A DNA stretch of 64,000 nt from Thermoproteota archaeon (lineage in GTDB: Archaea; Thermoproteota; Thermoprotei_A; Sulfolobales; Ignisphaeraceae): positions 640,001 to 704,000 of the forward strand of contig JAUQPB010000001.1 of assembly GCA_030550585.1 (NCBI GenBank). Reading direction: 5' to 3'. Shown here in pieces: positions 39,910-48,073 of the stretch. Below the pieces are notes generated by a model. The model did no database searches and was not told the origin of the DNA. It saw only the letters and a program-made list of their open reading frames with translations. Position 1 is the stretch's first letter. Every line of letters begins with the position of its first letter. A program made the position numbers and the translations under genes.

Positions 39910-40067
39910 CGCATCAAAATATGAACACAGAAAACACAATTAAAAGCAGCCACTCCAATAACTGGACACAACATCTCGATTTTTATTCCCAGGCTCATGA
40001 AGTATAGTATTGAACATTCGGCTGCTTTAATCTGTCAGAAGCTATGGAGATTCTCACAAACTGTCCA

Positions 40068-41063
40068 TCACTTTTGTTCTATGTATGTACATACTGTTGG
40101 CAGAGCCTCTGCTACTATACTCTCTATCTTGTCTATTATGCCATCCAGTTTAGCGTATATGTTTATTGTTGTCGGATATGCTAATAGTGTATAATACTCT
40201 CTCGCTATTTTTGCTCTCGACCCCTGCAACTCTCCTTTTTCATGATATGCCAAAGCCCTTATGTTTATTTTGAATGGCAGTTTTATCACTATTGTTGCTA
40301 CTAATGGTATCGGTTTTGACAGCTCTACCCCTAGTCTTCTACTCAGATAACTGATAACCTCAACGACTTTCTCCACTTCGCTAGCTTTCGACGATACATC
40401 TACTTTGTTTTGGGTTATCTGCACCCCTAGTCCATGGATCTTTGTTGTTATATACTGCAACTTTCCAATGGATTTGATTTCTGCTCCAAGTGTTTGTGAA
40501 GCATATGCTATGTCTATTTGGTTTCTAAGGGGTTTTGACACCCATCTAACAAGGGTTTTCCCCCTACACCCTCTAATCTCCTGTATAAGTGCATAGACAG
40601 ATGATGTTACTGAAGAACCTTCATAACCTTGAACAACAGACTCTATAGCCTTTATTATCTCTTGAGGCTCTCGACCAATTCTTCTAAAACATCTATATGT
40701 AGCCAATCCAGCTAGCCCCGCCAAATCATATGCTCTCGCCTCGTGGACATCTATCTCATCTGCAAGCCTCTTCCTAAGAATCCTCCCTATTATCTGAGCC
40801 CCGTCAGAGCCCCAAATACCACTTAAAACGCTTTCAATCTCAGAGTAGCTAGTGCCACACAAGCTTCTCTTCAGATATAGCTTGAGAAGCTCTACAAGAC
40901 CAGGCACAATGCTATTTATAATCCTCTCAACAGCCTCTTCATCAGGACATGCATCAACATTCCACGACACACCATCTGAAAACTCTAGAGGACTCTCATC
41001 GACAACCTCACCAGTCTCAGAATCAACTAAAAAGCCCTCTCTAGTCCTAATTTTCCTGCCCAT
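40068..41063 (-). CDS. Putative TFB(ribbon + cyclin)-TBP-like chimeric transcription factor
   Basis: REGFLVDSETGEVVDE (TFB ribbon-like), LAGLATYRCFRRIGREPQEII (TFB cyclin-like), and two TBP-like repeats ending VATIVIKLPFKINIRALA...YTLLAYPTTINIYAK. Confidence 0.6.
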   Translation of the reverse strand: MGRKIRTREGFLVDSETGEVVDESPLEFSDGVSWNVDACPDEEAVERIINSIVPGLVELLKLYLKRSLCGTSYSEIESVLSGIWGSDGAQIIGRILRKRLADEIDVHEARAYDLAGLAGLATYRCFRRIGREPQEIIKAIESVVQGYEGSSVTSSVYALIQEIRGCRGKTLVRWVSKPLRNQIDIAYASQTLGAEIKSIGKLQYITTKIHGLGVQITQNKVDVSSKASEVEKVVEVISYLSRRLGVELSKPIPLVATIVIKLPFKINIRALAYHEKGELQGSRAKIAREYYTLLAYPTTINIYAKLDGIIDKIESIVAEALPTVCTYIEQK

Positions 41064-41201
41064 TGGATCACACTATCCTCTGCAATCAGAAAACAGAGTC
41101 TTATGCCGAATATAAGCACACTGGTTATTATTGCTCCCTGCGAAAGTTTTATCTAGCCCCCACTGCAATAGAATCCTTCTAAATAAGAGTGTTGACACAG
41201 G

Positions 41202-41522
41202 GTGGCAGCTTTGGACGCGGTTATCGTGGAGAGAAACGGTTTTGTAATAGCTATAAAATCTCTTGATGGCGGTGTTAGAGAGGAGGACATTCCGCTGGTG
41301 ATCAAAGCGGTTGAGACATTTCTAAACCAGCCGCTGGGGCATGCCACAAGCAGCTTTCCTGGAAATGGGCACAACAACGGCAAAAAGCTGAATGGCAATG
41401 GAGATACAAGAAAAGGTGTTTTATATTCGCCATGGCTTTTGACATGGCTTGCTGAAGCAAATGGCTATAGAGACCATTTCCACGCAGTTCTAAGTGTTTT
41501 TGCAAATAGCAAAAAGCAGTAG
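41202..41522 (+). CDS. Hypothetical protein
   Basis: 106 aa, divergent from the TFB/TBP-like gene, with a BRE-TATA GAAAGTTTTATC upstream. Confidence 0.6.
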   Translation: MAALDAVIVERNGFVIAIKSLDGGVREEDIPLVIKAVETFLNQPLGHATSSFPGNGHNNGKKLNGNGDTRKGVLYSPWLLTWLAEANGYRDHFHAVLSVFANSKKQ

Positions 41523-41703
41523 TCTTGTTTGTTTTCCATATTAATGCAATAATATAGAAATTTGCAGAGGTTTTTATTTGGCATAGACCACAAGTTGTCT
41601 AGATGCAGAGCTCTTTAATATGTAAATAATCTATGTAAAAACGTTTTTGTTTTCGCCATGAAATGCTTGTTCAAAAAATTAGTTTAGTGTTGCACAATTT
41701 CAA

Positions 41704-43722
41704 TTAGATTTGGGTTTTTATGAATCTTAGTGCTATTGCTATGGCTATTATAGCTAATACCACTATTGCAAGGGTTATTATGTTGAATTTTTCCGATGTA
41801 GTGGGTACGACACTTTGTGCGACTGTGCATGGCGTTTGATATGTGTATACTTGTGTTTGTGTTGTGGTAACAGTTCTCTCTATTGTTACATAGCTATAGC
41901 TATAGACTATGCATGTACCCAAACCCTGCTCAGCTCCCTTTGTTTGTGTAGCAGTTGTAGTGGGCTGAGCTAGTTGTTGTGCTGTCTCTATCTCTAGTAT
42001 ATTGTATATCGAAAGAAGCATTGAAAGCCTTGCCAAACTATATATCCTTGTCCCGGTGTCTCCAGTCGAGCTAAGCTCTAAGAGTAGTGGCACATCAATA
42101 GGTATTATATCGTCTAGTTTTGTGAGCAGAATCTCGACGGTGCTGTTCAATGCTTCTATAGATGAGTTCATATTCTCCATAAACATTGATAGCAGTGTTA
42201 GATACATGTATCCTATGGAGCTTATTCCAAGGGCTATTCTCTCAATAGATGTGTTCACAGTCGACATTATGATATATCTAGCTTGAGCTTCTGAGAATAT
42301 GTCTTGGGGTATCGATACAGATGACGAAAACGCTATGATGTAGCTGTATATATTTTGTGCAAGTGCGGATATGACTGTTGCTAAAGAGTCTAGGTCTACC
42401 GGCTTTATGTAAACATTTGTCGATATATTCAAGCCTGTTAGGTTCTGCCAGAACATGGCTGTGTAGAGCCTTGCTGAGGCAAGTGCAAGATACTGTGTAG
42501 AGGTGTCTACATACCCTGTTGAAAGGCTGTTGTTCAGATATATATATGCCTCGTATAGCCTATCAAGAGTGTTTAAAATTGTTGACAGTTGTGATAGATC
42601 TATTGTCTTTCTAGAGATGGACACAACATACGCTATATCTTTGTATATCTGGTTCCTGAGACTATCTGCAACACTTGGCACATAGCTGCTATTCAAAAAG
42701 GCATTTAGCAGGTAAAGCCTCCAATATGCATAGATGAGTGCTTGGAAATATGAAGAGGCTGCTGAGTATAGCTGTCCCTGGCTTTCCAAGGCCTTTCCAC
42801 TAGCGATATACCCGTTTAGGCTACTGTCTATACTACTCAAAAGCTGGCGAACATAGTAGTTGTGAACTCTTGGCTCTAAAGCCTTGCTTTCATCAACTGT
42901 TCTATTGATCTCTTTCTTAATATCTGTAATCATATTCTCTAGTTGTGGTTTTAGAGCATCGTATATCTTGCTGATTTTATTTTCATAGCCTCCGACTGTA
43001 TATGAGAACAGCCCATTTGTGAATATATGGAGAGCCTCATAGACATTTGCAACAGGTTTAACAACAACGCCTAGCCTAGCACCATAGGAGACGAGATCAA
43101 CAGTCTGTGTGACAGTTCTATAGACAGTCATAGGACCTATTCTTTGGGCCACTACAGTATATATAACATCTGTTGTCTGTCCATAGGGAACTAGAAACAC
43201 CTTCGCACCTCTCGATGCAGCAGCGCCGAGCTTATAGTAAACCCCTCCAACAGGTCCGATACTACCATCAGGCATTATCATACCTGTCATAACAACACTC
43301 TCATTTAGTGGAAGCCTTAATAGCGCAGCTGCAAAGGCAACAGCTGTTACGCCGCTAGCACTAGGACCTCCGATTATGGGAGAGTCAGACCTTATAGAGG
43401 CGAAATAGTCGCAGCTCCAGAAGCTCTTATTTGCAACAGCGCTAGCAACAATTGCAGCAACTCTTGTTGATGCCTGCAGATCTATTTCTGATAGCGGATA
43501 TGTCTCGACATATACATGTCCTTGGCCAGGGCAAACAACTCTCACGTAGAGATCTGCTGCAACGCCTATGTACGAGTTGTTTGGAAGCTGTGAAACGGCC
43601 ACTATCGTAACATGTCTAGACTCGTCAACTGTATATCCCTGTGAAACAGTTGTATACAGCCCCAATACAAGTGCTATTGTAAGCACTGTTGATAGTATGC
43701 CATATACTCTATTAAAAGCCAT
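41704..43722 (-). CDS. Secreted/membrane-anchored Lon-like S16 serine protease
   Basis: Signal peptide, IGGPSASG (Ser), GSIGPVGGVYYK (Lys), Thr-rich linker and C-terminal TM. Confidence 0.9.
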   Translation of the reverse strand: MAFNRVYGILSTVLTIALVLGLYTTVSQGYTVDESRHVTIVAVSQLPNNSYIGVAADLYVRVVCPGQGHVYVETYPLSEIDLQASTRVAAIVASAVANKSFWSCDYFASIRSDSPIIGGPSASGVTAVAFAAALLRLPLNESVVMTGMIMPDGSIGPVGGVYYKLGAAASRGAKVFLVPYGQTTDVIYTVVAQRIGPMTVYRTVTQTVDLVSYGARLGVVVKPVANVYEALHIFTNGLFSYTVGGYENKISKIYDALKPQLENMITDIKKEINRTVDESKALEPRVHNYYVRQLLSSIDSSLNGYIASGKALESQGQLYSAASSYFQALIYAYWRLYLLNAFLNSSYVPSVADSLRNQIYKDIAYVVSISRKTIDLSQLSTILNTLDRLYEAYIYLNNSLSTGYVDTSTQYLALASARLYTAMFWQNLTGLNISTNVYIKPVDLDSLATVISALAQNIYSYIIAFSSSVSIPQDIFSEAQARYIIMSTVNTSIERIALGISSIGYMYLTLLSMFMENMNSSIEALNSTVEILLTKLDDIIPIDVPLLLELSSTGDTGTRIYSLARLSMLLSIYNILEIETAQQLAQPTTTATQTKGAEQGLGTCIVYSYSYVTIERTVTTTQTQVYTYQTPCTVAQSVVPTTSEKFNIITLAIVVLAIIAIAIALRFIKTQI

Positions 43723-43809
43723 GCTCTTACACCTCTAACACAAGGACATAGCTCATGATACTGGTAACTTTATGTAATTAAAAAGGTTTTTGTGAAACAG
43801 CTTTTCCAG

Positions 43810-43920
43810 TATGGTGAAACACGATGATCGAAAAACAGGGATTTAATTTGGTTAAGCTGTGGCGATAGCCAGCATCTTTACAACAGAAAGCATCGTCCTT
43901 TAGGGCGGGGAGGAGGTCAG
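43810..43920 (+). mobile_element. IS200/IS605-family right-end (TnpB omegaRNA scaffold) remnant
   Basis: GAAAGCATCGTCCTTTAGGGCGGGGAGGAGGTCAG: hairpin CGTCC/GGGCG plus a GGAGGAGGTCAG terminus typical of archaeal IS605/IS1341 right ends (recalled). No tnpA or tnpB ORF; left boundary uncertain. Confidence 0.65.
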
Positions 43921-44366
43921 AGGTTCTCAAGAACATTAATAACCTTGTCTATAGCATCATCAACGCCTTTGAGCATTGCCTTAAGATACTGTGGAGGCGA
44001 AGACTGTGAGAACTCTTTTAACAACTTTGTATTCTGTATTAAGCTTCTGAACGCCATCGATGCCTCGAGAGAGAGTTTTTGTAGATATTCGTCAAAATTG
44101 CCTCTTCCCAGCTTTTCTCCATCCACTGTAATGCTATCACCGAGCATCCTTCTAAGGGTTTGTATAATCTTGTCTAGTTTAAGCATGGTCATTGAGAAAG
44201 AATCATAGAGTTCTCTAAGTCTTCTATTGGCGATGTTGTAAAACGAATCAACCATTTCTTTCCTCACACCTAATAGAATTGCATAAGCTGCTAGAGCCTC
44301 TTCTTTACTAATCTCCGAAGTGCTTTTCCTTCTAATTCTCGTCAAAACATCTTTGAGAAATGCCAT
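43917..44366 (-). CDS. Hypothetical all-helical protein
   Basis: 149-aa ORF with GTGAG RBS, divergent from the C2H2 gene. Confidence 0.7.
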   Translation of the reverse strand: MAFLKDVLTRIRRKSTSEISKEEALAAYAILLGVRKEMVDSFYNIANRRLRELYDSFSMTMLKLDKIIQTLRRMLGDSITVDGEKLGRGNFDEYLQKLSLEASMAFRSLIQNTKLLKEFSQSSPPQYLKAMLKGVDDAIDKVINVLENL

Positions 44367-44444
44367 CTATACTCACATGTTTTGGTGGTTTCAGAAAAGG
44401 TTTTAAACATTTGGTAGATAGTTGTATACAGTAGTGGTGTGCTT

Positions 44445-44708
44445 ATGGCTTTAAAGAGTAGAGACAGGGACAAGGTCATAAGATCCATTGCGAGATGGCT
44501 TGCAGGGTTAGAACCCCTCTTCGGTTCTAACCACTATTTCGAAAGATATTCAACAGCTAAGAGAGCCATTGAAAGGCTCTCACCCTATAGGGGTCTCCTC
44601 ATATGCCCGTTCTGCAAGAAGAGGTTTTTGAGAGCCTCTGCATTTGTTACACACATTCTTAAGGCACATGATAAAGAACTTGAAGAGCTTATAGATACCG
44701 AAGCCTAG
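44445..44708 (+). CDS. C2H2 zinc-finger protein
   Basis: CPFCKKRF.....FVTHILKAH. Confidence 0.82.
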   Translation: MALKSRDRDKVIRSIARWLAGLEPLFGSNHYFERYSTAKRAIERLSPYRGLLICPFCKKRFLRASAFVTHILKAHDKELEELIDTEA

Positions 44709-44739
44709 TTAATTAAACATAAAATCTGCATAGACATAG

Positions 44740-45732
44740 TTGCATTCGAGAGATGTAGCCATGTTTGTAAAGACTATCTTTCCGCAGTCAAGAATAGACA
44801 TTGAAGAGGTTTATGTTAGATACCCCATAGAGAGGCTAGATAGCCAAGCAATCTTGGATTTCATTAACAATAGGGCGAGAACAATTCCTATGGATTCCGT
44901 ATCAGCTCTATCAAAACTTGTAAAAGGGGATTTGAAGGGCTTTGTCGAGACTTTTATAGACACTACAGTATGCACTGAGGTTATATCTCTTTGTAGGGAT
45001 CGGGGGCCAAGAATAAAATGCGGAATAAACATTACTGAGAATGGCGTTGAAATATACTCTGAGTGCTTTGACCCAGAACTATTATCGCATATCATACTAG
45101 GGGATATCTCAATGATACTACAGGTTGCTAGCGGCTATAGAGATTTTGTTAGGTTTAAAAGTGTTGTAATACCAGACAAGCTTCTAACACAAGATGCAAT
45201 AACGGCTATAGAAGAGGGTATATTGAGAAACAAGCTACAGACAAATACAGCTACACCTGAGAGGAGTATTGCAAAACAATTCTACGAGGAGCTTACTAGT
45301 GGTGGTCTAGGGTACTCAGAAGCCATATTGATGGCCCCATGTCTTAGCAGCACATTGATAGAGATTCTCATTGATATAATGAAAAGTGCGGCAAAGAATT
45401 ACAAGAGAGTCTACATCGCTACACTGCCTCCATCCCAGGAAAACTCATCTTTTTGCAGAATCCAGTATAAAGATCAGTTATTGATGTATATACAACTAAT
45501 TGAGGAGGCCAAGAAATATGGTTTCTTTGTTTGTGATAGCGAGGTTGTTAGTCTTGGCGCTATAGTTGATAGGTCACAGTATCTAATTTCAAATGATTTT
45601 GTATATAATGGAGAAACCTTTTTGACTCCACTATCAGATTTGAAATATATCAACGACTATGCAGTATACATGCTAAAGCACTGTCTATGCTCAAATAACC
45701 TGTTGAGAGAGGATAGAAAGGCGATTAAATAG
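44740..45732 (+). CDS. Hypothetical protein with C-terminal PLD-like fold lacking HKD
   Basis: AILMAPCLS...VYIAT...GAIVDRSQYLIS.N pattern. The start may be ATG 44761. Confidence 0.55.
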   Translation: MHSRDVAMFVKTIFPQSRIDIEEVYVRYPIERLDSQAILDFINNRARTIPMDSVSALSKLVKGDLKGFVETFIDTTVCTEVISLCRDRGPRIKCGINITENGVEIYSECFDPELLSHIILGDISMILQVASGYRDFVRFKSVVIPDKLLTQDAITAIEEGILRNKLQTNTATPERSIAKQFYEELTSGGLGYSEAILMAPCLSSTLIEILIDIMKSAAKNYKRVYIATLPPSQENSSFCRIQYKDQLLMYIQLIEEAKKYGFFVCDSEVVSLGAIVDRSQYLISNDFVYNGETFLTPLSDLKYINDYAVYMLKHCLCSNNLLREDRKAIK

Positions 45733-45735
45733 ATA

Positions 45736-46887
45736 CTAGCATTTCACACTTTTTAGAGAAACCCTAAGTCTAGTTGCAATAGAGATATGCCAGGCAATCT
45801 CCTTAGAAATTCCTCTGCTATCTTCACAAATCTTCATTAAAACCCCCTTTTCATCAAATTGAATGTCAAACCTCTTAACACCTCTAAACTCTAGGTAATC
45901 GCCTATATCGCTTTCAGATATCTTTTCCTTTCTGCTAGGATCTCCGCATGGCCCCAGAGAACACATGTTGCAGAATTGGCCGTGGGAAGCGATGTTCGCA
46001 GAGCATGCCGATGGATATACTCTATAACCCATGTCACGTGCTGTCGAGACAAGCCTCTTCTTTATATCGGATTCTTTTATTGTCACCTGATCCCCTCTAC
46101 CTCTAAACGCTCTTGGAATCCTAGCCAAAATCGCGTCTATGTCAATACCCCTAGCTTCCAAACTCTTCAAAATTCTCTCCGTAACTCGCAGAGAGCCGAA
46201 TACAACATCTCTAATCCCATAGTCCAAAGCCTTTGCAAGTATCTTCTCTCCTTCTCTATCTGTTACACTGGGTATTATCGGCCTTACAAACAATGTGACA
46301 TTCAAGCCATTTTTAATGGCTATTGAGGCCCCTTCAAGTCTTTTAATCGGGTCTGGAGCTCTAGGCTCCAGCTCCTTGCTCTTATCGAGTGTGGCTATGG
46401 ATAGGAGTATACTTATATTAGGCTCTGCAATGCTGAGCCGCTTAGCCAAGCCATCGTCTATAAAACTCTTTGTAGATACTTGGCTAAGCGGCTTAAGCCA
46501 TTTGCTAACATTTTCAATATATTCCAATGCAAGGTTTTTTGTTATGGGGTGAAAAGGCTCTGTAACAGATCCATAGGCAAGAAGAGACTTCTCTGGTAGT
46601 ACATAGGGGTTCGAGGCTATGGCATAAGCCATTTCAAGAGGTTTTAAAGGGTATGGCCTCACCCTTCCAGGAAACCCCATATCGTATATGTAGCAATATG
46701 CACATGCATAATCACAGCCAACACCTGTGTGAATTGTTAATCCGCATGGTCTGGGAACCCTCTTGCTATGGCTATCCAAAGAAGCTTTTCTAGCACCGTC
46801 CTCGCCGATTAGACTCTTCAGCCTTTCTATAATTCGAAGCTTTTTCTCATACAGCTCGGTTATTCTACTCAACGGATTACACCACAT
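45736..46887 (-). CDS. SPL-like radical SAM protein
   Basis: GCDYACAYCY, YGSVTEPF, STKS, ELEPRAP and RPIIP. Confidence 0.88.
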   Translation of the reverse strand: MWCNPLSRITELYEKKLRIIERLKSLIGEDGARKASLDSHSKRVPRPCGLTIHTGVGCDYACAYCYIYDMGFPGRVRPYPLKPLEMAYAIASNPYVLPEKSLLAYGSVTEPFHPITKNLALEYIENVSKWLKPLSQVSTKSFIDDGLAKRLSIAEPNISILLSIATLDKSKELEPRAPDPIKRLEGASIAIKNGLNVTLFVRPIIPSVTDREGEKILAKALDYGIRDVVFGSLRVTERILKSLEARGIDIDAILARIPRAFRGRGDQVTIKESDIKKRLVSTARDMGYRVYPSACSANIASHGQFCNMCSLGPCGDPSRKEKISESDIGDYLEFRGVKRFDIQFDEKGVLMKICEDSRGISKEIAWHISIATRLRVSLKSVKC

Positions 46888-46890
46888 ACA

Positions 46891-47460
46891 CTAATAGCAA
46901 ATCTCTTTAACAAGCCATATAACCCCATCAGATTCTTGGACAGGGTTGGAGCACCCCCTGACAAAGCAGAGTGCTGCTACAGCAGCTAGGAAGGCGTCTC
47001 TAATATCTTTGCTTCTTGTACTGATTAAACTAGTATCAATTCCAAGTTTGTTGGCAAGATCTTCTAACGAATTGCATTTGCTGCTCTTGAGAACGCTTCT
47101 AGGATGGGTCTCTATAACCGTTAGGCCATACCCTATCAGCTTACCAACAATTGATATAGCCCTTCTAGTCAATTCCTTCATTTGATGTAGACCTGGTGGG
47201 AGAACTCTATAGCCCAGCGATATCATTTTCCTGTCAACTCTTCTAAGATAGCCATCTCCAAAGCCAAATGGGGCGTCTACAGCAATAACAGCATTGTTAT
47301 ACCTCAAAACATTTTGTATGATCTCATCGTCTGTATTAAGGCACTTAGCTTCAATCACTTGGACGTGTTCCGTATCTGATATTACTACAAAACCTGTGCA
47401 TCTACTTGGCTTGGCGGCTAGATCTAAGCCTATGTAGAAAACCTTAGCAGCTACTTGCAT
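46891..47460 (-). CDS. DUF429 family RNase H-fold predicted nuclease
   Basis: IGLDLAA, AVDAP, RRVDR, IETHP and DAFLAA. Confidence 0.85.
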   Translation of the reverse strand: MQVAAKVFYIGLDLAAKPSRCTGFVVISDTEHVQVIEAKCLNTDDEIIQNVLRYNNAVIAVDAPFGFGDGYLRRVDRKMISLGYRVLPPGLHQMKELTRRAISIVGKLIGYGLTVIETHPRSVLKSSKCNSLEDLANKLGIDTSLISTRSKDIRDAFLAAVAALCFVRGCSNPVQESDGVIWLVKEICY

Positions 47461-47663
47461 ACGCTATCCAGTTCCTCTAGTCTCGCCCTAGCTTTTCTAA
47501 GCTCATTTTTAATATAGTTTCTTCTCATCTTCAACTCCTCGATCTGTTTATTCAGCTCCTCCAACTCTTTTTGAAGAACTTCAACCTTTCTCTGAAGCAC
47601 ATCTCTATCAAGGCAAATCTCTTCAATTAGTGTAACACTCTTTTTACCCAACCAGATATACAC
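47451..47663 (-). CDS. Small coiled-coil protein
   Basis: Continuous heptads; abuts both neighbours in a tight operon. Confidence 0.65.
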   Translation of the reverse strand: MYIWLGKKSVTLIEEICLDRDVLQRKVEVLQKELEELNKQIEELKMRRNYIKNELRKARARLEELDSVCK

Positions 47664-48071
47664 CTATAGCCTCTTTCTCTTTATATACTCCCTATACAGC
47701 TTATCTACTAAATAACTGTTAACATATTTGCCATGCGGTCTCAAACCACCTGAGAAGCTCTTTGGTATGTGGAGAAGCTCATGGATAAACACCTTAATTT
47801 TCTCCTCAAGTGAAAGAGGATAGAAATTCCTCTCTATAACCTCTATGACATACATAGGCTTCAATCCCAGTACAAACCTCCAAACAGATGGGAGCATATA
47901 TATCCTTGCAATTGCTTTTGATCTACACCCCCTACAAACAACAATTCTAACACTGTCAACATCTATATGAGAAAAATAATCCTTTAAGGTATTCACAACA
48001 TCTCTTAGGAGAATTTCAAGGCTTTGATCATAGTAGTGCTCGGTTCTTGCCAAGGCTGTTTTCCTAAACAA
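47664..48071 (-). CDS. Putative metallopeptidase (HExxH)
   Basis: YVIEVI..F..LS.EEK.KVFIHELLHIP..FSGGLRPH. Confidence 0.85.
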   Translation of the reverse strand: MFRKTALARTEHYYDQSLEILLRDVVNTLKDYFSHIDVDSVRIVVCRGCRSKAIARIYMLPSVWRFVLGLKPMYVIEVIERNFYPLSLEEKIKVFIHELLHIPKSFSGGLRPHGKYVNSYLVDKLYREYIKRKRL

Positions 48072-48073
48072 TT

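Noticed and set aside
41790-41990. Thr/Gln-rich repetitive stretch in the S16 protease
   Set aside because: This is an ordinary low-complexity linker of archaeal surface proteins, not a DNA repeat.
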